Program-made: the position numbers and the translations under genes
Notes under the pieces: model-generated
Seen by the model: the letters and a program-made list of their open reading frames with translations, nothing else
Databases searched by the model: none
Told to the model about the DNA's origin: nothing
Assembly (NCBI RefSeq): GCF_032191835.1
Contig: NC_083235.1
Span: 33,852,001 to 33,916,000 of the forward strand
DNA: 64,000 nt
Direction: 5' to 3'
DNA from: Heteronotia binoei
Lineage: Eukaryota
In this document: positions 37,678 to 51,400 of the stretch, piece after piece
Layout of the letters: each line of letters begins with the position of its first letter
Numbering within the stretch: the first letter of the stretch is position 1

Positions 37678-40504
37678 GCACGGCATGCCTGCAAGGTTCT
37701 GTGTCTGATGAAATAGAGAAACAGATATATGCACAAGTTGATGTAACAACAGCAAAGAAAGAATGAATGGGGGAAAGAATTAACCAATGTCTCTGGCCTT
37801 TCACAGCAAGCTCCGTTCCATCAGATGAGCACCTGCCACTCCCTGGCCTCGAGTTCCTTTTTCAGCCTGTACATAAATGCTGTGAAATTTTGTGTGACTC
37901 AAAAAAAAGCAATCTGGGGTGTAAATGCTAGGTCTTCTTTCATGCCCGTCTTCAAAAATGGAAATTATACTTGGAGTTGCGGCAGTCCGAGATGCGCCAG
38001 GAGAAAAATGTGATACATTATCTCCAGATAAGCTGGAGCCAAAATGAATGTGGGAAAAGGTGGAGGAAGGGGGGAATGGATCAGAATGCAAAACCCATGT
38101 TTTGAAATCATCACACAATGAGCAATTTGCAAAAATCGAAATCTCAGGGAATTCCTTGTATTCTTGTTCTGAATAGTAATTAAGGCCAGTCTTGCTGATT
38201 TGGGCTTTCTGACAAATTCTTACTCATCAGATTCCAAAGAGCCTGGAGCAGCTTGCTTAGAGTTGCTTGGTGATCCTCCCACCTTGGTGGCTTCTGAATC
38301 CCAACTGGTCTAGCTTCAGCAAGAGAACAGAATCCCGCACCCTCACAAGCCAACAGGCATTTTGGCCACACAAACAGGAAACACTTTGCCCGGAATTGCA
38401 TTTTTGGGCAATGTCAGGTTGTAGTGCTTTTGCAAATCCTTCAGTGTGTTTGCTTTGTTCTGCTTCAGCTCCAATTCCAGGACAGGACAGGGGAAATGGG
38501 ATGAGGAACCTGTGGAAGACATTGTCAGTGTAGCTCTGCTTAAGCAGAATTACCACTGGGAGCAGTGGTTAGGATCCAGTTGCTGGTCTAGAGCAAAGGT
38601 TTGCTTGTTGACATCCAGGGTGTTGAGCCTGAAAGAGCTCTTCTTGACACCATTTTAACATGTTCACACTCCCACCCCCTGTGTCAGTTCCTCCATTTGG
38701 TCACACCTTTCTCCAGGGTATTTTGATGGTGGCTCCGGATGGGACCTTTTCCCCAGCAGCTATTCAGGAGAACAGGGAGATGAAGATGGCAGTTTTCTAA
38801 TTTTGCATTCCTAAACTAAAGAGGGCTAAACTTCAGAGAATCGGTGCTGATTTGGAGAAAGCGGTGGCTGCAGCTTCTATAATGTCTTATGATTAATTAA
38901 AAAAACCACTTTGTCATTATGGAGACAGAGAGAAACTGAGCACTGAACCCCTTCATGGAAAAGAGATTCCAAAATCTAGACAGGACTCCATCCCTCTTCC
39001 ACCACCTTTTCCTTGATGCAAACAACCATTTAGAAATATGAGGTGCATATAAAGAAGCCCCATGCCTCTCCCAAATCTCATCCTTAGACAGACCCTAAGA
39101 GAAACACCTTGGATCTTCACAGAAAGTCCTGCAATCTTGTACAAAAAACTCTCCAACTGCTTTTGAATACCATGCTCAGGTTCCCCCTAACCACCCAGGC
39201 CAGAATAGCTGCATATACCTCAGTTGCCTGCTAGAGTTTAAGGCCATCCGGTCCTCTTTTTGTTGCTAGAAGTTGACCTATGGAATCCAAAAGGTCTGAG
39301 GTGAAGATTCTGGAATGGAGAAGCTGGCTCCACCATGTATGGCTGGGTACCAGTTACTGGTGAAGAGGATGCTTCAGAAATTCTGAATCCCTACATTGAG
39401 CAGGAAGTTGTGTTTTTAAGGCTTCAAGGTTGTACTACACTGGTGCAAGAGTCCATACATTTGTGCATCTGACCACAAAGAATCACCCGTTGCACCCCAT
39501 GGTGGGCCATGCATTCTCTGCATTGAGGGTGGATATAGCTGTTGTCGCAATGACAGTGTGGGTGTTTGGATGGTCTTGCACATCTGTCATTTGGGCATCC
39601 ATGTCATTTGTACCCCACCCTTCCTCCAAGAAACTCAGGGGCATAACCTGAACTATTTGCAGGATCCACAGAGCATACTTATTTTATCCTCTCCCCCACG
39701 ACTTGGAGATAGGTTTGACTGACAAACAGTGGCTTACCTAGGGTTACACAGAGAACATGATAACTGAGCAACGGTTTGAACTTGAATCTCCATAGTTGTA
39801 AATCCGGTACCATGTTTGCCACTCCAGATTGGCTCTGTAGATATAGTATTATATATATATATATATATATTGATTGATATATGATGCTTTTTGTGTATTT
39901 GTTTGTTCCGCTGCTATCTCATTTTCTCTTCTGGGAGCTCAGGGCACCTGACTATGGGAGCTTCCAGGCAGCTTCCCTTCCAAGCATTGGCCAAGGCTGA
40001 GACCTGCTTAACTTTCGCAGTGTAACAGCATCCAATGTTCTCAGGCCATTCAGTGATCAAACAAGTACATGCTGTCCCAGGGTGGTTTCTTCGTCAGCAG
40101 ACCTGTCACAACCACACGTAGAGGCAACTTTATGGCTCTCGCTTGGCGGGATCGGTTGCAGTATTGCACAGTGTCAGATGCCGGCCGCTACCCAGATGCA
40201 TCAATGCCTTCTGCAGCCTAGGAAACCATAAAAGTATGATTCCCTGGGCCAACAAGGTCTTTGGTGGTCTCCCTAGGAGATGTCCCACCCTGAGAATGGA
40301 AGCATTTCAAGTGGGGAGGGGAGGACAAACTGGATGTTTCTAGGAAATGTTCTCATGCTCCTGGGGATAGGGGCGCTGAACTGGAAGCGGGCAAAGCTGC
40401 TGGGTGGGGGGAATCAGAGTTGACATTGGCAACTGACAGCCTTATGCCAAATCTACACTTCTCAAGCCTGGTTGCCAACAAGCTGCTGGAAGGGGAAACC
40501 TATT

Positions 40505-40934
40505 AAAGGTAAAGGTAGTCCCCTATGTAAGCAACAGTCATTTCTAAATCTGGGGTGACGTCTCATCAGGATGTTTTCACAGCAGAGTTTTTACGGGGTG
40601 GTTTGCCATTGCCTTCCCCAGTCATCTACACTTTACCCTCAGCAAGCTGGGTACTCATTTTACTGACCTTGGAAGAATGGAAGGCTGAGTCAACCTTGAA
40701 CTGGCTACCTGAACCCAGCTTTAGCTGGGATTGAACTCGGGTTGTGAGCAGAGCTTGGATTGCAGTATCGCCGCTTACCACTCTGTGCCATGGGACTCCT
40801 ATTAAAAAAGGTAAAGGTAGTCCCCTGTGCAAGTACCAGTCGTTTCCAACTCTGGGGTGACATCACATCACGACATTTTCACAGCAGACTTTTTACAGGG
40901 TGGTTTGCCAATGCTTTCCCCAGTCATCTACACT
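40505..40934 (-). mobile_element. Full Sauria SINE followed by a partial second copy
   Basis: Two aaaggtaaaggtagtcccct starts at about 40505 and 40808. Confidence 0.88.
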
Positions 40935-41006
40935 TCTATTATTCCTGTCTAAAAATTACACAGGGCTCATTGAATGTTTTTCTTTGCAAACTGCTCATGG
41001 TTTATC

Positions 41007-41029
41007 CACACACACACACACACACACAC
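41007..41029. repeat. (CA)n microsatellite
   Basis: cacacacacacacacacacaca. Confidence 0.95.
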
Positions 41030-41804
41030 AGAGCATAGTCTGGAAGGGCAGGTGGATTACGTGCTGTCTTCCACCTTTGCAACCCGAACGAACTCGGCAG
41101 TGTATCCGAATATCTTTCCATCTTCATGTGGTATTAATGTTCTCCTGTTTTGGAAATCAACCAGCTATTTTCTAAGTGTAGGCCCCAGGCAGAGATAAGC
41201 AATGGCCTCTCTAGCTCTTATTTGAGAGATGATCCTTCCACCCGATATGGACGGCTTATCAGAGATCTGCCTGGGAATGGAGGGGAGCATGCGTCATTGG
41301 GTTGCCAGTGGCAATGCCAACCAATGAGGAAAAGGGTGAAGATTTTAGCGGGCCAATGCCAGGCAACTTGTGTTATACATTCTGTTACCCTACTGCTGCT
41401 TTCCCCCTCTTCGCCCTCTCATGTTTCTACAGTCCTTGCAGAAGTTTACCAACTGGCGCCCCTGAGCTAATGAGAGGAAAGTTACCATGCACAGGCAGAA
41501 GAGTAAGTATGCAAAGCAGGTTGCACCCCCCCCCCTGCCCCCATGTTTTCCTAGCAGATCAGTTTTGCTCCGCTAGTTACCTGGTTTATATCATTCACTC
41601 TCTGTTTTCAAACACAACATAATTCAGGAGATTGATTCATCTGTAGGGGGGGGGGGTATGGAGGAAGGAAGAAAACTGTAGATGCCAAAGGAGAAAATAC
41701 AGTCAAATACAGAACACTTGCATAAGTCAAGGTCTGCAGGACAGTCCTATCTGCCACTGAGTGAACCTTTACTCCCTCATTCTAAATGTGTGAAGTAAAG
41801 CCAG

Positions 41805-41895
41805 AGAAACAGAACAAAGTTTGAGTCCAGTGGCACCTTTAAGACTGACATTTTATTCAGGTATAAGCTTTCATGTGTGCCCACTTCCTCAGGTA
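41805..41895. mobile_element. Penelope-like terminal fragment; reverse-oriented counterpart at about 48255-48345
   Basis: gtggcacctttaagac...ttttattc..gtataagctttc..gtg..cacttcctcag.tac and its reverse complement. The family assignment is from recall. Confidence 0.55.
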
Positions 41896-42789
41896 CAGTG
41901 AGAAATAGTAAGGGAAAGAAGATCTGTGTTCCTCCCACCCTCCTCAGCATTTATATTTTATTTCATTTGCAAAAAAGCCTTCAAGTTTAACACATTGCCT
42001 GGGGAGGTGAAGGCCATTGCCCCTGGTTATGTGAGAGAGCTGGCTCAGCATCTTTTCTTATCTGCATTGATTGCCCCACCCCTGTATCTGCATAACTCCC
42101 TTCTGAGTATTGTTTCTTAGTCAAGGAGAAGTGTTATGGAATGTTGAGGATTGGCTTTGATGGCCTTGTGTTTCCATAAAAGAAGAGCCCCTGCCAGTGA
42201 TAAGAGGGAGGGCCTCAAATAGGCACCATTGCAGGATAAGAACTGGGACCACAATACGAATGCTTTCTGTGAGAAGAAATTTCTACTTAATGCCAATGGT
42301 GGATGCTTAGTCTTTTTGTACCCACAGCAGGAAGTCTGCGTATTGTACTTATTGTAGGCTCCAGTTAGGAAAACGGGCATTTTTAAGAAACAAAATATTC
42401 CCCTGGCAAATTAGGATGTTTAGCATATAAGACAGGGGTGGCCAAACTGGCTTGGGAGCCACATGTGGCTCTTTCACACATATTGTGTGGCTCTCAAAGA
42501 ACCCACTGCCCTGTCAGCTGGCTTGAAGAAGGCATTTCTTTAAATCACCTTTCCAAGTCAAGCCAGCTGGTGGCTTCAAGAATGCATTTAAAGTTGCTTT
42601 CTTTCCACCCCTCCCTCCCTATCTGTCTATCTGTCTCCCTTCCTCCCTCAAAAAACTGACATTCATTTTTTGTGGCTCTGAAACATCTGATGTTTAGTCT
42701 ATGTGGTTCTTGTGTTAAGCAAGTTTGGCCACCCCGGATGTCAGACAACTGCAGAAATGGTAAAAAGTGCTATCAAAAGTTGCACCCAG

Positions 42790-42945
42790 CTCAGGGCAGT
42801 CCCTCATGGGGTTTTCAAGGCAAGAGATTAACTAACAGAGGTAGTTTGCCATTGGCTGTCTCTGCATAGCAATCCGGGGCTTCCTTGGTGGTCTCCCATC
42901 CAAGTACTAACCAAGGCCAATCTTACTTAGCTTCTCAGATCTCCA
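42790..42945 (-). mobile_element. 5S rRNA-derived SINE (5S-Sauria-like); second copy at about 8140-8330
   Basis: The reverse complement contains 5S internal promoter sequence agctaag...tggttagtacttggatgggagaccacc joined to a non-5S tail. Confidence 0.75.
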
Positions 42946-45005
42946 GTGTCACAAGGCCTCCAGGACAAGAGCATAGGTCCATTTAGCAAACAAAATAGCT
43001 CCCTTTCCACAGTTTTGAAGCTCTCCTTTCCTTTTTGTTCAGTTGCTTTCCAGTTTGTTCAGTTCCTCCCAGGGACAAACAAGCAGTCCATACGTCAAAG
43101 GAAACAGTAACTGTCAAGGGATTCAGCATGGGGAAACCACATATTTTTTTTCAATTACAGATAACTTCCAGTCAGGATGTGAGGATGCTTGGGAAGACTC
43201 AAAGTACAGCTTTTCACTTGTTCAGTATCCAAAGCTCTGGGTTTAAAATACCTCTCTCCTGCAGACAATGGATTTGTTTCAACTGCTTAGCTTATGCATG
43301 GGTAACCAAGGCAAGCTATGTTTGCAAAAGAAGAATCACAGTTACCCAACTGGGTACAGCCAAATAACAGGTGTAAAAGGCTAGATAAAAGGTAATTTTA
43401 TCAGAGGCAGCCTTTTAGAAGTATTAGCAGAAATGGGAAGTATATCAGTGATTTATTTCTACACGCGCAGGGCTGCATTCAGTAAAGTTTACTGCAAGCA
43501 CAGGACAGTGTGAACCATGAAGATGAAACAGGAAGGGGGGGTTGCCAACCTCCAGGTGGCAGCTGGAAATCTAGGATTACTACTGATCTCCAGGTGACAG
43601 AGATCAGTTCCCTTGGAGAAAATGGCTGCATTGGAAGGTGGACTCTATGGCATTATATGGCTGAAGTCTCTCCCCTGTAGCTCCAGACTCAACCTGGAAG
43701 AGCTTCTGCTTTGCATGCAGAAGGTCTCAGAGTTCAATCCTCAGCATCCCCCATTGAAAAGACCGGGCAGCAGGTGATGTAAAAGACCTGAGACCCTGGA
43801 GAGCCACTGCCAGTCTGAGTAGACAATATTGATATTGGTGGATCAATGGTCTGAATCACTATAAGGCAGCTTTAGGCGTATTCATGAGTAAACCCCACCT
43901 TCCCCAAAATTGCCTGAGATTTTCCAACCCAACAGCTGTCAACCCTTCCAGTGAGGAATGATGGTTTGTTCCCCAACATGGTGAAAAGGGAAGGCAGAGT
44001 TCCCTTTGTCCACCCAAAACATTCAAAGGCTACATTGGGGATCATGGGACCTGCATGGACTAAAGTCATATGGAATGAGGGCATCAGTAAAGACCAGACA
44101 TGGATGAGATTGAAACAAAAGGCTGGGTCCAGAATGTGCATATCCTTGCAATGAGAATTACTTGAGACTCCCTCTGCCTCACTCCCTCTCTCCAAGATCA
44201 TTCAAGCATTCAAAGTGACCACGTAGTTGTTTCATTCTCTGCCAAAGAGGTCCCCAGGGAAATACATGTGTCATGCAGCTATCAGCAACAAAGTACATTT
44301 ATACAACTGTTCTTACCGTTGAGATATCTAAAATGGTTTACAATTTAAAATATGAAAGGACAAAACAGTTGAACAGCTAGAAACTGTTTGCTGTTTTCTT
44401 GGGTAGTGACAATGGTGTTATTTGTTTGTTTATATTATTTCTGCCTTTCTCACTGGGATTTAAGGTGGATGACACAAAGTGAGTCAATACAATCAACAAG
44501 AAGGGACATACTTTACTGAAATAGGATTTTGGTTGTAGAACCATCCAGAAATCTAGAAAACAGCAGTGAAGCAAAATTACACACAGCTACCCATAGGAAA
44601 CTATATACAGTAGTAGAGGCCATAGTCCCTAACGATTAATGAAAGCATGTTTCTGAAGCCTTTGTAACCGAGCTCCTCCTAATGCCTACGTAGAAAAGCC
44701 TTCTCAAATAATGAAGGCATTAAATTCTTGGCTCAGGTTCTGCTTGAGCCCTCACAGGTCTTTTCACTAGCCCTTTTCGGGATTATGTGGGACAGGCTAC
44801 CTCACTGGTTTTCTTCAGATAGTATTGCTAGGTCCATGTTGGAAAATACTTGGAGACTTTGGGAGTGGATCTGGGAGTTTGGGGAGGGGAGGGGCCTCGG
44901 CATGGTACAATGCCATAGAGTCCACCCTTCCAAACAGCCATTTTTTCCAGGGGAGCTGATCTCTGCCAGCTGGAGATCAGTTGTAAAAGCAGGAGATCTC
45001 CAGGC

Positions 45006-45590
45006 CAGTGGTGTAGGGAGGGGGGGCGGGGGGGGGGCGGATCGCCCCAGGTCTGGGGGGCCCCCGCATTGCCAAGGGGGTCCCTCCCCTCCCCGGCAGG
45101 GCTCCGGAGCGTCGCGCAGACCTTCCGGCCACAGTCCCAGCTCGGGGTGGGGGAAGCGGCGTCCGACCCTCGCCTGCTCGAGGCTTCTCCTGCTGCTCCA
45201 CGTGCCGCGGGCAGCAGCAGGAAGCAGAAGGCGGCGGTGGGCAGCAGGAGGAGGAGGAGGAGGCGGCGGCGTGCGCGCCCAGTGGCCGCATCCCCGCGCT
45301 CGGCAGCAGCGCCCCGGAGCTCTCCGGCCCCCTCAACTCCCAGGCGCCGACGACTCAGCCGCTCCTGGCCCCGGCCACGGCGGCGCGCCAGAAAGAGGAA
45401 CTTCGGGCGGAAAGTTTGCAAAGTGTGCACGAGGCAGGCTGCGGGGGCGGAGGGATGTGGGGAGGGCCACGCGCCGCTCGGCGTCTTAAGGCAGGGAAGC
45501 CCCTCCCCTCCCCCTCCCCTCCGCCACACACATAGGGGGGCCCACATAAATCTTGGGCCCCAGGCCCCTGAAGCCCTAGCTACGCCCCTG
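45006..45590. mobile_element. GC/CpG-rich hAT element (Tip100-like ends), 585 bp, nested in a MITE
   Basis: TIR cagtggtgtag/ctacgcccctg; perfect TSD CTCCAGGC. Confidence 0.85.
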
Positions 45591-47811
45591 CTCCAGGCTC
45601 CACCTGAAGTCTGGCAACTCTACCCTCAGATAAGCCCTTCAAAAGTGGTGGGTGTAGCTTTACTGGCCAGGACTTCTTATGACTGAATGGGTTTAGCTAT
45701 GTGTGCACACCACAACTGATACTGAAAAACATCAAACCATCAGGTACAGTTGTGGGAGCTTCATACATCCAGACATGTTGCCTCTGAGGCTCTGATGTGG
45801 CCAGTCACAAAAACAAGAGTATCCAGCATCTATGGTCTTTAGGAATTGCAATCTCAGTAAACCCTGTTTTCAGAGGGATGGTCATCCCAACTTTGTTAGA
45901 CAAGAATTAATTTCTGACTTACCACATTAAAAAACAACAACAACCTTTAAGATGGATTACAAATTCAATTAAATCACAATAATGGACAGTAAATGTTTGA
46001 ATCAAAATAATGCTAAATGTCAGATCAATTGCACACAACAGGTATCCCATAACAATATGGGATAGTTGATGGTGATTACTATGTAATTAATGGCTATAGA
46101 TTGGCAAGGGGGTGGGATGAAGGTGAAAGGCAGGGAATTAACGAATCTCTTGCTTAATTCAAAAAGGAGAACCTCATTCTGTCATGTATGCACCCCATGG
46201 CTTCTTAGACTTCTGTAGTAATGCTTCTACATGGTTTGTGTATGAAGCAGTCATTTAATCTGGAATAGTGTATTCTGCACTGCTTTGAAAGCAACAGGGA
46301 AATTTTTCTTTTGATTAAAAAATACACTGAAAAAAATTACTCTGTAATATGTTGCGTTAGTTCAAAATGAGTATAGGATGGCGAGCAGTGCACTTCATGA
46401 TACCTGTGTTTATATAGCCATGCATTTAAATTAATTCTGCAACATGAGCTAATTAGATTAACTGATTCAAAAAAAAATTTGAACAGCTAAAAAGGTGTTC
46501 TGATTAACTGGACAGCCATTTAACTGTTTGCATTAATTTTATTGCCTACTGGGCTTGGTTTTGGTCTGTTAGCTACATAAAGTAAGATTATGGAGAGGTG
46601 GGATAAAAATATTCTTAATAAATACATTTGCAGACTTAATCAAATAACTAACTCTCACAAGATTAATCCAGTAAGTGTTCTTTAATTGTGTGGCAGCTGT
46701 AATTTCTATGCATTTGTATCAGAGATAAGGTGGATCTGCCCATCATGGCTTTCCCACCTCCTCCATCCTTTGGGAGCCTGAAATGTCCCTGAAATCTTGA
46801 CCCTGGCAACAGAAGCCCCTGGACTGGAAGGGGATGTTGAGCTCCCACAGGAGGTGGAAAAATCACATTTCGCAAGTGGAGTCTTTTCACCTGTGGAAAG
46901 ACTAGTTGGGACCTGAGCCTTTGTTTGCAAAAGAAACATGGACGCCTACAGTGGTACACTTAGAAGAACAAGTCTTTATTATTATTATTTTATTTATTTA
47001 GTTGGATTTTTAAATTTATTTAATTGGAGTAGAAGCAACTACATAGCACAAAATAAAATGCCAGCACAATGAAGTAAACGTGCCTTCTTGAAAGCATCAC
47101 ACTGACCCATGGACCAATGTATGGTGTGCTCCTGTGCATGAAATAATCATGTGTGAGTGCTCCAGATGACCCACTGTGATTCATTCTCTTGGCACAACTG
47201 ATGCAGTACCGTCACTCCAGACTGTGGGTGTTGAAATCCTCCTGAATCATCTGGATTTCGCCTTTGTTGCTGCTGAGTAATGGAGGCTGGATGAATCCAG
47301 GGCAAGTTGCTATAATTATCCCTTCTTACATAAACACTAATAAATGCAATCCTTCCTACAGGCTGGTGACACAGGGCAGGTGCTTCTCTAGGAATTCTGT
47401 CATGCAAAAGATCACAAACGTATTCATAGCCCCAAAGTACACAAGTAAAAGGCCCCCATGGGTCACTGTAACTAACAATCATGTTCTGACTTGGCCAAGG
47501 AGACCATTGGTGCTGAGCCTCAACGAAATGTCGTGTGGAGGCAGTTTAAGCAAGACACAAGGGACAGGGTCAGTTCAGAGGAAGCTACAAAGGGACCTGC
47601 TGTCCCTCAGAAACAGTCTGCAAGCATGAGTCAGTTCAGAACTCCTTCGGTTCAGAACTTATAATTACAGTAATTAAAAATAGAATCCTCTGCCAACTTT
47701 CTATAGAAGTTCAAGTCCGTCTCCTTCCACGAGTTTTATTGATGAATGTTCTACAACAGGGCACAGTTTAATCTATTTGGACTCTGTTTACCTTCCGCTG
47801 TTAGGAGCTGG

Positions 47812-47892
47812 TTGAATTATCTTGTTATTCCCTGCCTGTTCTTGAGCTGAGCTGAATTATCTTGTTATTCCCTGCCTTTTCTTGAGCTGAGT
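47812..47892. repeat. Tandem duplication of about 39 bp
   Basis: tgaattatcttgttattccctgcct(g/t)ttcttgagctgag occurs twice. Confidence 0.85.
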
Positions 47893-48840
47893 CTTTTGCC
47901 TGTAAATTAGATATATTTTGAGGGTCTCTGTACTACTGAAAATCCTACAAAAATGGGGAAAGAGGGAGAAAGGAGTTGAGTGCACCCTTCGGTGATGGGC
48001 AGGGTACAAGTGGCAGATGGTGGCGCAGCCCCTTCCTGTAGGTTAAGAAATTTGATATAGAGTCCACCCTCCAAAGTAGCCATTTTCTCCAGGGGAACTG
48101 ATCTTGGTCATCTGGAGATCAATTGTAATACAGGAGAACTCCAGGTGCCACCTGGCAGTTGGGAACCCTTCCCATTGGATAAAAAACAGATTTATGGAGA
48201 GAAGCAGGAATTGCTCACTCATTCTCTCTGTATTTCATGAACATCTGTCATCATTCTCTGTATCTGAGGAAATGTGCTTGTACATGAAAACTTATACCTT
48301 GAATAAAATGTTGGTTGTAAAGATGCCTTTGGACTGAAATTTTTTGTTCTGCCATTCTTAATGTTTGCTACAGTACCAAATGGTCCACATACTTACTTGG
48401 ATAAATAATTGGAACGTGTGGTCTTCACTGCTGAATATAGTGTATTGTAAGTAGCATCCTATTATATTATCTCTGTGCCACTTAATGGAACATGAAACTA
48501 TGCTATGCTATGCTTGTCTTTCTTTCTGCTGCTTCCAGACTAATATCCTAATGCATTGGTTACTGAATGTACTGAAGCACTATATGCAGGGCTTTTTTTG
48601 TAGCAAGAACTCCTCTGCTACACCTCCATGATGTAGTCAATCCTCCAAGAGTTTATAGCGGGGTGGCCAAACTTGCTTAACGCAAGAGTCACATAGAATA
48701 AACATCATATGTTTGAGAGCCGCAGGAAGGAAGGAAGACAAATAGATGGGAAAGGAGAGGTGGAAAGAAAGCAACTTTAACAAGAGAAGTGCTCTTGAGA
48801 AAGCAGCTTTAAATTAAATGCATTCTTCAAGCTGGCTTGG

Positions 48841-49400
48841 CACCATCGATTTATACAGGGGCATTATGATACTGGTTGAAAACAAATAAGCCAGTATCAT
48901 AATGCCCCTGTATAAATCGATGGTGCGGTCTCATTTGGAGTACTGTGTGCAGTTCTGGTCGCCGCACCTCAAAAAGGATATTATAGCATTGGAGAAAGTC
49001 CAGAGAAGGGCAACTAGAATGATTAAAGGGCTGGAGCACTTTCCCTATGAAGAAAGGTTGAAACGCTTGGGACTCTTTAGCTTGGAGAAACGTCGACTGC
49101 GGGGTGACATGATAGAGGTTTACAAGATAATGCATGGGATGGAGAAAGTAGAGAAAGAAGTACTTTTCTCCCTTTCTCACAATACAAGAACTCGTGGGCA
49201 TTCGATGAAATTGCTGAGCAGACAGGTTAAAACGGATAAAAGGAAGTACTTCTTCACCCCAAAGGGTGATTAACATGTGGAATTCATTGCCACAGGAGGT
49301 GGTGGCGGCCACAAGTATAGCCACCTTCAAGAAGGTTTAGATAAAAATATGGAGCACAGGTCCATCAGTGGCTATTAGCCACAGTGTGTGTGTATATATA
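48841..49400 (+). mobile_element. CR1 LINE 3' fragment with a 5' inverted duplication
   Basis: ORF 48902..49273; 35-bp inverted repeat at the 5' junction. Confidence 0.95.
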
Positions 49401-49563
49401 AAATTTTTGGCTACATCAGGGGAGGGGGGCGTAGCCTAATAAGCAAAGGAGTTTCCGGCTTCAAAAAACACCCTGATTATATGTAATCTGCCTTGAGTCT
49501 ACATGAGAAAGACAGAGAAAGACATGAGAAAGACAGAGAGAGGTACCAATAGGTACCATAGAG

Positions 49564-49699
49564 CAGGGATGGCCAACGGTAGCTCTCCAGATATTTTTTG
49601 CTTACAACTCCCATCAGCCCCAGCCAGTATGGCCAATGGCTGGGGCTGATGGGAGTTGTAGGCAAAAAATATCTGGAGAGCTATCGTTGACCACCCCTG
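49564..49699. mobile_element. 136-bp fold-back hAT MITE
   Basis: Whole-length inverted repeat; perfect TSD CCATAGAG. Confidence 0.92.
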
Positions 49700-50789
49700 C
49701 CATAGAGTTTCCCCCCTCCCAAATGGCTAGAGTGGGAAAAACCATAGAGTTTTCCTTGAAATGCCTAGAGCAGCCACGTGCACCATCACCGGCGTGATTA
49801 AGTCACTTCTGGGTGGCGTCATTGTGTTGCACACGCGCAAAGCACACAAAAGTCCCCTGCTCCAGGGCGAAGGGCACATTGGGGGAGTCAAATGGGGGGG
49901 GGGGAGTCTGGTGCCACTAGCAACAATTTCAAGGGGTGTCACTCAGGCACTGGCTAGCAATCAACTGTAGAGTAGGGGGTGCTGTTCTGCCTGCCAGCTC
50001 ACCTGTTGCACTCAGTGATTCTGACCCTTCGCACAGGGCTTGTTTCAAAGTGTTAGGAAATTCCTGGAGATCTGAGGGCGTTGCCTGAGGAGGGTGGAAT
50101 TTGGGGAGAGGGGAGATCAGCAAGGGTGTGAGGTCACAGAGTCCATCCTCTGAAGTTCTCATGTCCTCCAGGGGAACTAATCTCTGTAGTTGGGAGATCA
50201 GTTGTAATTCCGGGAGGACTCTGGGCCCCACCTGGAGGTTGGTAACCCTGCCTCAGAGTCAGTAAGACCACTTCCACATCACTAACTCCACATCCTAGCC
50301 TCTCTCCTATTATTTTGACAACAGGACTTTCAAGCCCCAGGTGAGGACAGGGGATTTCCCACTCCCAGGTCCTTTTGCCCACCATCACTGGAAGCAGCAG
50401 GAGAAAAATTTAAAAGGATAGTTTTTATATCCTGTTTTCCTCTACTGTGCCTTTCCCTTCCTCTCCCCACAACAGGCAGCTTGTGAGCAGGGCTTTCTTT
50501 GTAGAAAAAGCCCAGCAGAAACTGATTTGCATATTAGGCCATACCCCTGACCCCAGGCCAGCGGGAACTGCGTTCCTGTGCACTGCTGTTCAAAAAAAGC
50601 CCTGCTTGCGAGGAAAGTGAGGCTGAGAGAGTTCTGACAGAACTGTGACTGACCCAAGGTCACCTGGCAGGCTTCATGGGGGCAGAGTGGGGGATCAAAC
50701 CCTGTTCTCCAGATTAGAGTCCGCTGCTCTTAACCACTACACCAGGCTGGCACTTGTCTGCTTATAGAAAGTTCTTAGCATAGAGTTCG

Positions 50790-51400
50790 TGGTGATCCTT
50801 AGAGCTACCCAGAAATGACAGAGTCATCAGAAAGTGAAGGGGGGGGGGGAGAGAATGTCTGCTGGGCACTCCATTATTCCCTATGGAGAACGATTCCCAT
50901 AGGTCAGGGGTGGCCAAAGGTAGCTCTCCAGATGTTTTTTGCCTACAACTCCCATCAGCCCCAGCCAGCATGGCCGATGGCTGGGCCTGATGTGAGTTGT
51001 AGGCAGAAAACATCTGGAGAGCTACCGTTGGCCACCCCTGTCATAGGTTATAATGAAGAATTGATCTGCAGGTATCTGGGGTTCTGGGGGCTGTTATTTG
51101 AGGTAGAGGCACCAAATATTCAGCATAACATCCAGTGCCTCTCCTCAAAACACCTCCCAAGTTTCAAAAAGATTGGACTAGGGGGTCCAATTCTATGAGC
51201 CCCCAAAAGAAGGTACCCCATCCTTCATTGTTTCCAATGGAGAGAAGGCATTTGGTGTGCAGTCCCTTTAAATGTGGTCAGAATTCCCTTTGGATTTTGA
51301 TTATGCTTGTCACAACCTTGTTCTTGGTTCCATCCCCAAAGTCTCCTGGCTCCACCCCCAAAGTCCCCAGATCTTTTTTGAATTGGACTTGGCAGCCCTA
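50790..51400 (-). mobile_element. 510-bp-family MITE carrying a nested 136-bp MITE
   Basis: The right end ggacttggcagcccta and the body match the family; the left end is degenerate. Confidence 0.8.
50905..51040. mobile_element. 136-bp fold-back hAT MITE
   Basis: Same family; TSD (c/t)cataggt. Confidence 0.92.

Noticed and set aside
37678-39000. FAIM2 polyadenylation site
   Set aside because: No clear AATAAA near the stop codon, and a lone ATTAAA at about 38896 is not enough to define the 3' end.
42880-42945. 5S rRNA-like sequence
   Set aside because: Partial and joined to a SINE body; not a 5S gene.
44728-45686. Overlapping 200-250 aa Arg/Gly/Pro-rich ORFs
   Set aside because: Open in several frames because of extreme GC content; they cross TE boundaries and have no recognisable motif.
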